This document shows positions 43,779-54,813 of a stretch of DNA of 64,000 nucleotides, piece by piece. Below the pieces are notes generated by a model that was not told the DNA's origin, searched no databases, and was given only the letters and a program-made list of their open reading frames with translations. The stretch's first letter is position 1; every line of letters begins with the position of its first letter. Origin of the DNA: Candidatus Deferrimicrobiaceae bacterium (lineage in GTDB: Bacteria > Desulfobacterota > Deferrimicrobia > Deferrimicrobiales > Deferrimicrobiaceae); NCBI GenBank assembly GCA_963792415.1, contig CAWBVY010000006.1, forward strand, positions 160,001 to 224,000, given 5' to 3'. The translations under genes and the position numbers were made by a program.

Positions 43779-44564
43779 TCACTTCAGGGTTTCCGCGAAG
43801 AATGCCTTCATCGCCTCCCACGACCGGCGGTCCGCCCGCTCGTTGTACGCGACCCCCTTCGAGTTGTCGCTTCCGGATTCGGGGTTCGTGAAGCTGTGGA
43901 CCGCCCCCCCGTAGGAGACGAACTGCCAGTCCACCCCACCCTTGCGCATCTCCTCCTGGAACGCCTCCACCTGCTTAAACGGGACGAACGGGTCGTCCCC
44001 CCCGTGGAGGGCCAGCACCTTCCCCTTGATGTTGCGGGCGTCCCCCGGGGTCGGGGTATCCAGACCCCCGTGGAAGCTGACCACCGATACCAGGTCCGCC
44101 CCGCTCCGGGCCAGTTCGAGCACGGTGGTTCCGCCGAAACAGTACCCGATCGCGGCGAGACGCGCCGGGTCGGTCTCCGGACGGTTCCGGAGAACGTCAA
44201 GACCGGCCGCGGCGCGGGCCCGCATCAGCTTCCGGTCCCCCTTGTAGATTCCCGCGAGGGCGGCCGCCTCTTTCGCATCCTTCGCCCGCACCCCTTTCCC
44301 GTACATGTCCAGCGCGAACGCCACGTACCCCAGCCGGGCGAGCTGTTCCGCCCGCTTCCGTACATACGGGTTGTGGCCGTTCCACTCGTGGGCCACCAGG
44401 ACCCCGGGGCGCTTCCCCTGGAACGAGTCGTCGTACGCCAGGTACCCTTCCAGCACGACGTCGCCGTGCCGGTATTCGACCACTTCCGTTTTCACCGCCG
44501 CCAGCGCCGGGGAAACCCCTGCGCACATACAGGCCATCACGAGAACCGCCGCAAGCATTTTCAT
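43779..44564 (-). CDS. dienelactone hydrolase family protein (exported)
   Basis: HEWNG, GYCFGG, HGGDDP, AVHSFTNP; signal peptide. Confidence 0.92.
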   Translation of the reverse strand: MKMLAAVLVMACMCAGVSPALAAVKTEVVEYRHGDVVLEGYLAYDDSFQGKRPGVLVAHEWNGHNPYVRKRAEQLARLGYVAFALDMYGKGVRAKDAKEAAALAGIYKGDRKLMRARAAAGLDVLRNRPETDPARLAAIGYCFGGTTVLELARSGADLVSVVSFHGGLDTPTPGDARNIKGKVLALHGGDDPFVPFKQVEAFQEEMRKGGVDWQFVSYGGAVHSFTNPESGSDNSKGVAYNERADRRSWEAMKAFFAETLK

Positions 44565-44585
44565 ATCCGCGTCTCCTCCGATTCG

Positions 44586-44957
44586 TTACACGAGAGGTCG
44601 GGTTTCGACCACCTTGAAGTACGCCACGTGCTTGATCGCCTCCGGGTTTCCGGGGGTCCTTGCTCCGGTCCGTTCCCGGATCTTCGCGAGCATCTCCCCC
44701 GAATCCTCCGTGCGGGAAAGCGTCAGCGTGAGACGCGCACCGCGGAATCCCTCTCCGGGGGCGAAGTACGTGTAGGACGCGTTCGGGTTCTCCCGGACGT
44801 TGTTCCACGTCCTGCCGTCCGTCATTCCCCACGCGACCGTATCGGCGTCCACGACGTGGGGAACCGCGTACACCGCCATGTTCACCACCCCGGCTTTCGA
44901 CGCGGTGCCGATCACTCCGCGACCTCCCGGCTTCAGAACGTCCCCGATTTTCATCAT
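44586..44957 (-). CDS. pyridoxamine 5'-phosphate oxidase-like FMN-binding protein
   Basis: GVIGTASKAGVVN, TWNNVRENPNA, ETRPLV. Confidence 0.8.
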   Translation of the reverse strand: MMKIGDVLKPGGRGVIGTASKAGVVNMAVYAVPHVVDADTVAWGMTDGRTWNNVRENPNASYTYFAPGEGFRGARLTLTLSRTEDSGEMLAKIRERTGARTPGNPEAIKHVAYFKVVETRPLV

Positions 44958-46048
44958 TCTTCCTCCCGATGGATGAATTCGACCAGTTTCCGGTCGGCGC
45001 GCGGAAGGGCGAATGTCCCTCCCCCGTGCCCGGGGAGCCACCCCGTCCCCTCTCCCGCCGGCAACGCACCCCCCGTCGTCTCGCAAAGAAAGCCGTGAAG
45101 GGTGATCCGGTAGTGGGAATAGGCGTGCCGTACGGCTCCCACTTCTCTTTGAATCGCCGCGCGCACCCGAAGTTTCTCCCCAAGCGAACGATGTAGCGCG
45201 TCCCCGAGGGTCTCCCCCGGTTCGCGCCTCCCCGAGGGGAAGGCCCACAGGCCCCCCAGGAGCCCGTCGGGCGGCCGACGCATCAGGAACAGCGCGCCAT
45301 CCGGACGACGGAACAGCGCGGCGACGACGTCGTGGTGGGGAAGCATTTTCCTCGCGCGCTTCGGGGGGATCGAATCCTGGAGCCCCCCCAGGAAGGAGGA
45401 ACATCGGGACCGCAGGGGACACTCCCGGCAACGGGGGGCATTCGGCAGGCAGACGACGGCGCCCAGGTCCATCACCGCAAGGGCCGTGTCCCGACCTTTC
45501 CCCTTCCGCACCAGGCTTGCGGACCGTTCCCAGAGGACATTCTCCACCGCGGGGGACCGGGGATCCCCTTCGACGGCGAAGAGACGGGCGACGACGCGAC
45601 GCGCGTTCGCGTCGAGGATCGGCACGTCCGCCCCGAAGGCGATCGCGGCGATCGCCCCGGCCGTCGATCGTCCGATCCCGGGGAGCGCCATCAGCGCCTC
45701 CACCGTCCGGGGCACTTCGGAGGAGTGGCGGGCAACGAGGATCCCGGCGGTCCGGTGGAGGTTTCTCGCGCGGGAATAGTACCCGAGCCCTTCCCACGCC
45801 TTCAGGACGTCATCCAGGGGAGCCCGGGCAAGGGTTTCCACGTCGGGGAATCTCCGGAGAAAGCGGTCGTAGTAGGGGGCAACGGTTCCGACCCGGGTCT
45901 GCTGGAGCATGATCTCCGAGACCCAGATGCGATACGGGTCCCGGGTCTCCCGCCACGCCATCGGCCGGGCCGCCGTCCGGAACCACCGCAGGAGCGCGGC
46001 GGAGATCCACGCGGCCGTTTTCGGATCTTCCCTGGTGTCGCGTTTCAT
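44954..46048 (-). CDS. mutY: A/G-specific adenine glycosylase
   Basis: WVSEIMLQQT, WEGLGYYSRARNL, HhH LPGIG, CxxxxxxCxxCxxxxxC Fe-S motif, C-terminal NUDIX-like domain. Confidence 0.95.
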   Translation of the reverse strand: MKRDTREDPKTAAWISAALLRWFRTAARPMAWRETRDPYRIWVSEIMLQQTRVGTVAPYYDRFLRRFPDVETLARAPLDDVLKAWEGLGYYSRARNLHRTAGILVARHSSEVPRTVEALMALPGIGRSTAGAIAAIAFGADVPILDANARRVVARLFAVEGDPRSPAVENVLWERSASLVRKGKGRDTALAVMDLGAVVCLPNAPRCRECPLRSRCSSFLGGLQDSIPPKRARKMLPHHDVVAALFRRPDGALFLMRRPPDGLLGGLWAFPSGRREPGETLGDALHRSLGEKLRVRAAIQREVGAVRHAYSHYRITLHGFLCETTGGALPAGEGTGWLPGHGGGTFALPRADRKLVEFIHREEE

Positions 46049-46163
46049 CAGATAAATACGCCGGAAGATCACCATCGGGTGCTCAGACTCGGATCACATA
46101 CCCGCCGTTTTTCCTACAGCGGGGGTACTCCGGCGGCGCGAAGCTCGAGGTGGGGCGCGACGG

Positions 46164-46598
46164 CTACCGCGAGGTGGGGAAACCCGCCTCTTTCCATTTC
46201 GTGATCCCCCCCGAAAAAACGTATACGTTCGGGAACCCCAATTCCCGCATGACCTTGACGGCTCCGTTCGTACGATTCCCCGTGCGGCAGTATACGAGGT
46301 ACGATTTGCTCCGATCGAGCTTCGCCATTTCGTCGCGGAAGGATGGGGACCTGTAATCGACTACCACGGCACCAGCGATCCGCTCCGCGTCGAACTCTTT
46401 CCGGGTCCGGACGTCCAGAAGGATAAAATCCGGGTCCGTGGCCCGTTTGGTGATCGTTTCCCGCGCCTCCGCCGGGGAGAGACTTGGATACCCCTCAACC
46501 GCTCCCTGCGCCCGAAGGAACGACGACAACAGGAACAGGAAGGCGCACACGACGGCGGCGAGACCCGCCACCCACCAGACCGCCTTCATGGTAGTCAT
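46164..46598 (-). CDS. membrane-anchored rhodanese-like protein
   Basis: LDVRT..EF...I.GA, YCRTGNR; N-terminal TM segment. Confidence 0.88.
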   Translation of the reverse strand: MTTMKAVWWVAGLAAVVCAFLFLLSSFLRAQGAVEGYPSLSPAEARETITKRATDPDFILLDVRTRKEFDAERIAGAVVVDYRSPSFRDEMAKLDRSKSYLVYCRTGNRTNGAVKVMRELGFPNVYVFSGGITKWKEAGFPTSR

Positions 46599-46686
46599 GC
46601 GTCACCCCCTCGAGGATTCCTGTTGGATTCGAAACCGGAGGGGAAGGTTCCCCGCCGTGCGTCATCCGGTCCCATCGTGACCGTCG

Positions 46687-46726
46687 AAAAAAAACGGCCG
46701 GATCCCGGGGAGGGAAACCGGCCGTT
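46687..46726 (-). terminator. intrinsic terminator after the ferritin-like gene
   Basis: AACGGCCGG...CCGGCCG followed by T8 on the minus strand. Confidence 0.8.
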
Positions 46727-46762
46727 CCGCTGCGATTCGCTGCGCCCGGGAACGAACTCTCC

Positions 46763-47194
46763 TCAATCCTTCTCCAGGAGAGAGGTGAAGAGGTCGTGGT
46801 GCTCCTCCTCGTCCGAGAGGATCTTGGTGAAGAGGAACTCCGTGGTTTCGTCCCCCTCCTTCCGGGCGACCTGGATGATCTTCCTGTACATCGTGATCGC
46901 CTCCTCCTCGGCCTTCTTGTCCGCCTCGATCATCTGCTTCAAAGTGGTTCCGATGAAGATCGGCGTAGGCTTCGTCGTCGGGATTCCCCCGAGGTAATTC
47001 AGCCGCTCCGCGATCGCCTCGGCGTGCTTCATCTCCGAGATGGCGGTCATCTTGAAGGCGTCCTTCACCGCGTACCCCTGGACCCCTTTCCAGAGTACGT
47101 GCTGCCACATGTATTGCACGGAGACCTGGATCTCCCGGGCGATCGCCTGGTTCAGAAGGTCGAGCAGCTCGGCGGACGGTTTCTTGCTGGCCAT
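46763..47194 (-). CDS. bacterioferritin-like / ferritin-like protein
   Basis: Ferroxidase-type E...Y...EMKH...E...DEEEHH pattern. Confidence 0.85.
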   Translation of the reverse strand: MASKKPSAELLDLLNQAIAREIQVSVQYMWQHVLWKGVQGYAVKDAFKMTAISEMKHAEAIAERLNYLGGIPTTKPTPIFIGTTLKQMIEADKKAEEEAITMYRKIIQVARKEGDETTEFLFTKILSDEEEHHDLFTSLLEKD

Positions 47195-47296
47195 CGGTCG
47201 TACCTCCTTCGTTCTTTGTGGAAATTCTATCCTGTCGAGAGGTATTCTTACACATCGGGGAACGGAAAGTCACCCCCCAACGGAGGACCCTGCCGC

Positions 47297-48220
47297 ATGA
47301 TCCGCGACGTCGTCATCCTCGGTTCCGGTTGCGCGGGCTCGACCGCCGCCATCTACGCCGCGCGCGCCAACCTCGCCCCGCTGGTCCTCGATGGCCGCGA
47401 ACCGGGGGGACAGCTGACGCTGACCACCGAGGTCGAGAACTTCCCCGGGTTCCCCGCGGGGGTCCAGGGACCGGAACTCGTCGACCTCATGCGGAAGCAG
47501 GCGGAGCGGTTCGGAGCCGCGTACCTCGCGGAAACGGTCATCGGCGTGGACCTTTCGAAACGCCCCTTCGCGGTGAACACGGAAGAGAACACCTACATGG
47601 CGCGCACCCTCATCGTCGCCACCGGGGCCTCTGCCAGGCTCCTGGGACTGGAATCGGAGAGGAAGCTGATGGGGCGGGGCGTATCCACCTGCGCCACCTG
47701 CGACGGTGCGTTCTTCCGGGACCGCGAGATCGTCGTGGTCGGCGGGGGCGACACCGCGCTGGAGGAGGCGATCTTCCTCACCCGCTTCGCATCGAAGGTG
47801 CTGCTGGTCCATCGAAGGGACCAGTTCCGCGCCTCGAAAATCATGGTCGATCGGGTCCGCAACCTCCCGAAGATCGAGTTCGTCCTCGACACCGTCATCA
47901 CGGACATCCTCGACCCGGCGAAGAATGAAGTCTCCGCGGTCCGGATGAAGAGTACCAAGGACGGTTCGGAGACGGTCCGAAAGGTCGACGGCGTCTTCGT
48001 CGCCATCGGCCACGACCCGAACACGAAGATCTTCGAGGGGCAATTGGCGCTCGACAACGGGTACATCGTCCTGGGTGATGGCGCGAAAACGAGCGTCGAG
48101 GGGGTCTTCGCCGCCGGAGACGTGCACGACAAGGTCTACCGGCAGGCGATCACGGCGGCGGGGGCCGGCTGCCGTGCCGCCATCGAGGCGGAGCGGTTCC
48201 TCGAGGCGGAAGGCCGGTAA
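47297..48220 (+). CDS. trxB: thioredoxin reductase
   Basis: GSGCAG, CATCDG, GGGDTALEEA, QAITAAG. Confidence 0.96.
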   Translation: MIRDVVILGSGCAGSTAAIYAARANLAPLVLDGREPGGQLTLTTEVENFPGFPAGVQGPELVDLMRKQAERFGAAYLAETVIGVDLSKRPFAVNTEENTYMARTLIVATGASARLLGLESERKLMGRGVSTCATCDGAFFRDREIVVVGGGDTALEEAIFLTRFASKVLLVHRRDQFRASKIMVDRVRNLPKIEFVLDTVITDILDPAKNEVSAVRMKSTKDGSETVRKVDGVFVAIGHDPNTKIFEGQLALDNGYIVLGDGAKTSVEGVFAAGDVHDKVYRQAITAAGAGCRAAIEAERFLEAEGR

Positions 48221-48228
48221 GGGCGGCA

Positions 48229-48732
48229 ATGCGGATCCATCTCGTTCGCCATTCCGAGGCGGTGGACCGCGTTCCCCCGATGCCGGACGCGGCGCGGTAC
48301 CTGAGCGCCCGGGGACGCGTTTCGTTCCGGGAAATGGCACGGCGTTTCCGCGACGCCGGAGGGATGCCCACCCGGATTTTCACCAGCCCTCTCGTCCGCG
48401 CGGTGCAGACGTCGGAGATCCTGTCGGAGACGCTCCGGTACGAAGGGGAAATCATCCTGGATCCCCGGCTTTCCCCCGGCTTCGACGTTGAGAAACTGGG
48501 CTCTGTGCTGAACGATTGTCCCTCCGAAAGGGAAATCGTCTTCGTCGGCCACGAACCGGACCTGGGGGACATTCTCACCCGCCTCCTCTCCCTCCCCCAG
48601 GGGTACGCGATGCGGAAGGGCGACATCGCCGCCCTCGATCTCGCGATCCAAGGGGACCCGCTCCGCGTCGAATTCGCCTGGCTCCTTACGGGGGATCGCC
48701 GGATCGAGGACCGAGCAATGCTGGCGAGGTAG
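48229..48732 (+). CDS. sixA: SixA-like phosphohistidine phosphatase
   Basis: LVRHSEA, TSPLVRAVQT, VGHEP. Confidence 0.85.
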   Translation: MRIHLVRHSEAVDRVPPMPDAARYLSARGRVSFREMARRFRDAGGMPTRIFTSPLVRAVQTSEILSETLRYEGEIILDPRLSPGFDVEKLGSVLNDCPSEREIVFVGHEPDLGDILTRLLSLPQGYAMRKGDIAALDLAIQGDPLRVEFAWLLTGDRRIEDRAMLAR

Positions 48733-48755
48733 CGCGGAAACCTCGACGAACGGTG

Positions 48756-48784
48756 TTGCAACCTCCTGCACGGTGTGATACATT
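48756..48784 (+). promoter_or_regulatory. putative sigma70 promoter of the DEAD-box helicase gene
   Basis: TTGCAA, 17 nt, TACATT with extended TG. Confidence 0.45.
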
Positions 48785-48912
48785 TGTCGTGGTTTGCGTC
48801 CCCTCGATCTCAATACCCTCCCGGCATTCCAGGTATCCACGTCCCATAACGACCCGTAGGCCCTTCGTCCGTCAACCATCACTCACCCGATCATCAGGAG
48901 AAATAGACAACG

Positions 48913-50283
48913 ATGCCGTTTCGACACTTCGGTTTGTCCCCGGAACTCCTCCGGGCCGTTCAGGAAATGCACTACACGACCCCGACCCCCATCCAGGAAA
49001 AGGCGATCCCCGACGTGCTCCAGGGGAAGGACCTGCTCGGTTCCGCCCAGACCGGCACAGGAAAGACGGCCGCCTTCGCGCTGCCCATCCTTCACCGCCT
49101 CGCCGCGGAGACCCCGACCGTCCGGGGACGCCGCGTCGTCCGATCGCTCGTCCTCACCCCGACGCGCGAACTGGCCATGCAGATCGGTGAAAGTTTCGGC
49201 GCCTACGGCCGGCACACCGGGATGCGGCACGCCGTCATCTACGGCGGCGTCAGCCAGAAAACCCAGGAGCAGGCGCTGCAGAAAGGGGTGGACATCCTCG
49301 TCGCCACGCCGGGCCGTCTCCTCGACCTCATGGGGCAGAAACTGATCAACCTCTCCACCGTCGGGATTTTCGTGCTGGACGAGGCCGACCGGATGCTGGA
49401 CATGGGCTTCATCGTCGACATCCGCCGCATCATCGAGAAACTCCCCTCGAAACGGCAGACGCTGATGTTCTCCGCGACGATGCCTCCGGAGATCGTCCGC
49501 CTCTCCGCCACCCTGCTCCGCGATCCGGTGCGGGTCCAGGTCGCCGCCGATGCAGCGCCGGCCGACGACGTGGAACATCGTCTCTATTACGTGGAAAAAT
49601 CGTCCAAGGCGGATCTGCTGAAAACGCTCCTCGGCGGCGACGAGATCAAGAACGCCCTCGTCTTCACGCGGACGCGGCACGGCGCCGACCGCGTGGAACG
49701 GACCCTCAGCCGAGCGGGAATGCGCGTCGAGGCGATCCACGGGGACAAGTCTCAGGGGGCGAGGGAACGCGCACTTTCCGCCTTCAAGAAGGGGACGATC
49801 CGGGTCCTGGTGGCCACCGACATCGCCGCCCGGGGACTCGACATCATCGACCTCTCGCACGTGGTGAACTACGACCTCCCGAACGAACCGGAGGCGTACG
49901 TCCACCGGATCGGACGCACCGGGCGAGCCGGGGCGTCGGGCACCGCGATCTCCTTCTGCGGCTTCGAGGAGCGCCCGCTGCTCGCCGAGATCGAGCGCCT
50001 GATGAGCAAGCACCTGACCGTGGTCACGGACCACCCGTTCGCCTCTCCGGCGAAACCGGCGCCCCCGACGGTCTTCCACACGGGCAGGACGCCGGCGAAA
50101 CCGCGGCCGTTCATGATCTCCGTGGACGCCGCGTTCCTCTCGGCGGGGCGAACCGCCCCCTCGTCGCCTCCGGAGCGGGTTTCCCGCCACACCGCAAACG
50201 AGGCGCGCCCGACCTCCGGCCCCGGCGGCCGGAAGAGCGGGCACCGGGACCAGTTCTCTTCCCGGGGCCGCTCCCAGAGGTAA
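48913..50283 (+). CDS. rhlE: DEAD-box RNA helicase (RhlE-like)
   Basis: [31 protein letters not shown]. Confidence 0.92.
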   Translation: MPFRHFGLSPELLRAVQEMHYTTPTPIQEKAIPDVLQGKDLLGSAQTGTGKTAAFALPILHRLAAETPTVRGRRVVRSLVLTPTRELAMQIGESFGAYGRHTGMRHAVIYGGVSQKTQEQALQKGVDILVATPGRLLDLMGQKLINLSTVGIFVLDEADRMLDMGFIVDIRRIIEKLPSKRQTLMFSATMPPEIVRLSATLLRDPVRVQVAADAAPADDVEHRLYYVEKSSKADLLKTLLGGDEIKNALVFTRTRHGADRVERTLSRAGMRVEAIHGDKSQGARERALSAFKKGTIRVLVATDIAARGLDIIDLSHVVNYDLPNEPEAYVHRIGRTGRAGASGTAISFCGFEERPLLAEIERLMSKHLTVVTDHPFASPAKPAPPTVFHTGRTPAKPRPFMISVDAAFLSAGRTAPSSPPERVSRHTANEARPTSGPGGRKSGHRDQFSSRGRSQR

Positions 50284-50368
50284 CCGCGGGACGGCTCTTG
50301 CCGATCGGACCGCCCCCGCGGATCCCTTTCGTGTATCATCTTGACAACGCCACCCGGGGGCCGGTCCG

Positions 50369-51067
50369 CTGCAGGAAAAGCTGAAATTCCTCGTCAAGCC
50401 GCTCGTCTTTCTCTTCGCGTTCCTCGCTCTCAGTTTCGCCCTGTACCGTTTCGGCCTCTTCCACTTCTTCATGAACCGGGAGCGCCTGATCGCCTGGATC
50501 CACTCGCTGGGCGCGTGGGGATTCGCCGGATTCATCCTGCTGCAGGTGGTCCAGGTAGTGGCCGCGCCGATCCCCGGAGAAGCGACGGGTGTCCTCGGAG
50601 GGTATCTCTACGGGCCTGTTGTGGGAGTTGCGCTCTCCACCATCGGACTGACGATCGGGTCGTTCCTCGCCTTCAGCCTCTCACGCTTCTTCGGTCGCCC
50701 CCTGACCGAGAAGTTCGTCGACGCAAAGACGATGGAGCGGTTCGACTACCTGCTCCACCACAAGGGGGCGTTTCTCATCTTCCTGCTGTTCCTGATCCCG
50801 GGGTTCCCGAAAGATTACCTCTGCTACATCCTCGGGCTGGGGCATCTCACCACGCTCGAGTTTCTGACCATCGCCACCACGGGGCGCCTTCTCGGCACCA
50901 CGTTGCTCACGCTCGGGGGAACGTTCCTCAGGAACCACCAGTATTCCCGGTTCTTCCTGCTCAGCGGCGCGGCCGTGGTCGTCGTCTTCCTGACCATCGC
51001 CTATCGGGATCGCCTGGAATCCTTCCTGAAGTCCCTCCACCAGCGGTACGGTCGCCGGCGGAAGTAG
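50369..51067 (+). CDS. TVP38/TMEM64 (DedA/VTT) membrane protein
   Basis: VVAAPIPGE, GGYLYG, FLIPGFPKD; the N-terminal TM helix is in frame from CTG 50369 (first ATG 50471). Confidence 0.85.
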   Translation: MQEKLKFLVKPLVFLFAFLALSFALYRFGLFHFFMNRERLIAWIHSLGAWGFAGFILLQVVQVVAAPIPGEATGVLGGYLYGPVVGVALSTIGLTIGSFLAFSLSRFFGRPLTEKFVDAKTMERFDYLLHHKGAFLIFLLFLIPGFPKDYLCYILGLGHLTTLEFLTIATTGRLLGTTLLTLGGTFLRNHQYSRFFLLSGAAVVVVFLTIAYRDRLESFLKSLHQRYGRRRK

Positions 51068-51115
51068 CCCGGCAGGCAGGGATCATCTCCGAACCGCACG
51101 CGCGCGCTCCACGGA

Positions 51116-54100
51116 TTACCGGATGCGGAAATCCACCCTGCTGTCCGATAGTTTCTCCTTCTTTTCCGGGGCGAGCGACTTCGGCTCCACCAGGAAAACC
51201 CTGCCCGGTTCGACCTTCCCGCCGACGAGGACCTGGTCGCGCGCGCGCGACGCCCGCTCCAGCGCGAGTTGACGGAGTTCGTCGTTCCCGACCCGTATGT
51301 TCGTCAGCATCAGTTTCTCCATCTCCGGGACGGGAATATCCTTCGCCATCCCGATGAAGTTGCGCGGCTTGGGGAACTTCTCTTCCTTGTAGGCGAGCGT
51401 CAGGAACCTGGGGTACTCCGAGGCGTCGACACGGACGTTGTCCGTCGCGGGCACGCTCTGCCCGGATTTCGCCAGGCTTTTCACCTTCTGCGCTGCCACT
51501 TTTCCGCGGAAGATCCTCTCCCGCAACGCTTCCTTGTCCCGGTCGGGGTCGACGTGCCCCTCGATCTCGAGTTTCAGCGCCGGGCGTTCGGTGAGAACCT
51601 TCACGAGGTTCCCCAGCTTCGCGATGCCCGGTGCGGGGATAACGGAGGACCCCGGGTCGAACTCGAGGTACGAAAGTTCCTCGCCTCCGCCGAAAACCGC
51701 CCCGAGCAGCGCGAACGGCGAGGTAGCCACCTTGACCAGCAGGTTTTTGACGATCTTCCATACAACCCCCAGGACGCTGAACTTCGGGTCCTCGAGCGAC
51801 CCCGTCACGGGGAGGTCGAGGTGGATCTCCCCGTTCCGGTCCTTCAGGAGCGCCACCGCGAACCGCACCGGGAGCTTCGTCGCGTCGGGGCTGTCCACCG
51901 CGTCGCCGAAGGTGAACTGGTCGAGGAAGACCTTGTTCTCCGAGTCGAGCTTCCTTTTCTCGATGTGGTACTTGAGGTTCAGGGTGAGTTTCCCTTTCTG
52001 GATCCCGTACCCGGCGTACCGTCCGGAATACGGAGACAGGGAGGAAAGGTCCATGTCCCGGAAATCCACCTTGAAATCGAGGAAGAGGTCCTTCGCCAGC
52101 GGGTTGATCTTTCCGACGATCTCCAGCGGCGTCGCGTTCCCCAACTTCCCGCGCAGGTCGACATCCGCGCGCGCGCTCTCCTCCGAGGAGAGGCCGGAGA
52201 CACGACCTCCCAGTTCCAAGAGGCTCGCCGAGTAGTTCGGCTTTATATATTGATCGCTGAAGTTCACGGTACCGCCGAGCAGCGTCACCGCGTCGATCCG
52301 GACGGGGACCCCGGGCGCCTGCGCCGCGTTGTCCGCGGGTGCGGCCGTCGCAGTTTTCAGGGCCGCGTTGTCCCGGCCTGCGCCGTCCTTCGCCACGATC
52401 CCCTGGACGTTCAGCGTGCCGTCCGGGCGCACGATGATGCGGGAATAGAAGTCCGTCAGGGAGATCTCCCGGATGGCGACGCTCGTCGGGTTGTACTTTA
52501 CGTCCACGCCCCCGAAGTGGAGGCTCGCGAACCTCAGGAACTCCTCCTCGAGGGCCTTGTCCAGTGAGGAGAAGTCGTTCACGGACACTTCCCCTCGGAA
52601 TCCGGCGCGCACCGGCTTCCCCTTCGGGGCATCCACCGAGACGTTCCCTTCGGCCGAGATCGATCCCCCCTGCAGGAGGATCTTCACCTTCCTCCGTGTA
52701 ATACGGCTGCATGGTCCCGATCGGAAGGGCTTTCGCCTGCAGCCTGCCGTTCACCGAAGGGGGATCGACCGTGAACGTACCGCCCAGGGAGATGCTCCCC
52801 TGTCGGTTATAGCCGGTGGCGAAGGAGAATTTCCCAGGTTTTTTCCCGTCGGTAGTGAGGTACTCCAACTTCAACCGAAGCCGGTCCAGGACGATCTCCA
52901 CCGGCGGATCCGTAGTCCGGTCCTCGAAGCTCACGGAGTACCGGTCGACGACGAATTCCTTGGCGATAATTCCCCACGGTTTCTCCGGCGGCTTTTGCTC
53001 GTCCGGTTTATCCCCTGACCTGATCGCGCTTACCATGCCCGTCGATTGCACACCTTCCGGCAGAAGACGGGTGACATTCATTTCGCCGCCGGCGGAACGG
53101 CGCACGAAAACCGATCCTTTCGCAGTTGAGATCCGGCCGAACGTAATCTCCTTCTTCCCCAGGTCGAGTTCGACCTCTTTCAGGGAGAACCCGGGGATTA
53201 CGAGGAACTCCTCCTTCTCCTCCCGTTTGCGCAGTCGAAGACCCGATGCGGACGCTTCCAATCCGGAGAGCCGGAAATCGTTCCTCCCCTCCACCCTGGC
53301 GAAACTGTAGCCGGACCGCGCGTCGAGGGAACCGGCGTCGACGTCGAACCGGACGGCGTCGGTGTAATACGGGGCGTATTTCTTCAGGACCATCTTCGCG
53401 AGGGATACCGTCCCTTCCGATCCGAGGGGCGAGAGGGAGAAGTTTCCCTTCAGTTCGACGTTCTCCCCCGCTTCGGTCGAAAAGGAGATCAGGGCGTCCG
53501 CCTTCTTCCCCGTCTCGGTGGTTACGTTGTCCACGTCGACCCGGAGTTCCCCCAACGCGGTCTTGAAAGGGGATCCAAGCGAAGCGTCGGAGAACCGCAC
53601 CTTCCCGCCGGTCAGCCGGATGGAATCAACGGCGAAACTCGGTTCCCTTACCCCCGGCTCCTCTTTCGGAGCGATCGTTTCCTTTTTTTCCTCTACATCG
53701 CTTTCCTTTTGTTTTTCAGGAAGTAACGATAAGAGGTTCAACTTTCGATTGATATCTATGGAGGCGTCGATTTCGGGGTCCCGCACCTCGAGGGACGCCA
53801 GGTGGAAATCGCGTGCGATAAGGTCCGACGGGGAGATCGCCGCCTTCACCATGGGGAGGTGAACCATGGGACTCTTGTCGCTTCCCCGAGACGCGGACCT
53901 CCCTCAGGACCACGTCCCCCTCCGCAGAGAGGGTGGGTGGCTTGTCCTTGTACTGCGTGAAGGAAAGTACCGCCTTCACGTCCAGGAAAGCGGAAGGGAT
54001 CTCGTAATCCCGCTGCACCGGGACATATTCGAGATAGTGCGGGATGTCGAAGTCCGAGATGTTCAGATCGAAGGTGGTTTCCATCGACTCGCTGAACGGC

Positions 54101-54747
54101 TTGGTCTTTCCCTGGATCGAGATCTGCTTGCCGTTCACCACCGCGGAGAAGGACGGGTGCACGTACCGGTCGACGTGATACCGGAGATTCGACAGGAACG
54201 GGATGCCGACCTGGATCCCCCGGATCTCGTGGTTGGTGTTCTTCGGACCGTCGTCGAAGTCGACGCCCCCGTCGACGATTTGAATATTATTAAGGGAATA
54301 CTTTAACGGAGAGCTTTTTTCTTTCTGTCTTTTCTTTGAATCCTCAATCAGATCTGAGAAGTTATAGGACCCGTCCGGATGCCGGACGATGTTCACGTAG
54401 GGCCGGGAGAGCCGGACCTCGCTGAGCACGGGGCCACCGCGGATGACCGAAGCCAGTTGAAGGTTCCCGAAGATCTCTTCCGCGGAAACCCAGGTTCCCG
54501 GGGCGTCCCGCTCCAAGATCGAAAGCCCACGGACGGAGATGGTGAGCACAAGCGGGTTCACCCGAATTTGCCGGAGCTCCACCCTCCGGTGGAGGGTCTC
54601 GGAGAGATTCCTTGAAAGGACGGATTTGAGGATGGGCGGGAGGGCGAAAAACCCGAAGAGGGTGTAGACCAGGAAAGCGGCCCCCGCCGCGATCATCCCC
54701 TTCCGTACCGCGGGTTTCGACCAGACCTTCCGCAGCCATCCCGACAT
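51116..54747 (-). pseudogene. DUF748 (AsmA-like) protein with C-terminal OmpA-like domain, split by two +1 frameshifts
   Basis: Three consecutive ORF pieces (53716-54747, 50961-53867, 51116-52687) join if single bases near 53880 and 52691 are removed; NFSDL, LSPYSGRYAGY, KLPVRFAVALLKD motifs. Confidence 0.8.
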
Positions 54748-54813
54748 GGGTCACCCCCGTTCGACCGCTCCCCCACCGAGACAATAGATCCATTCGGGGG
54801 AATGAGGTTATGC

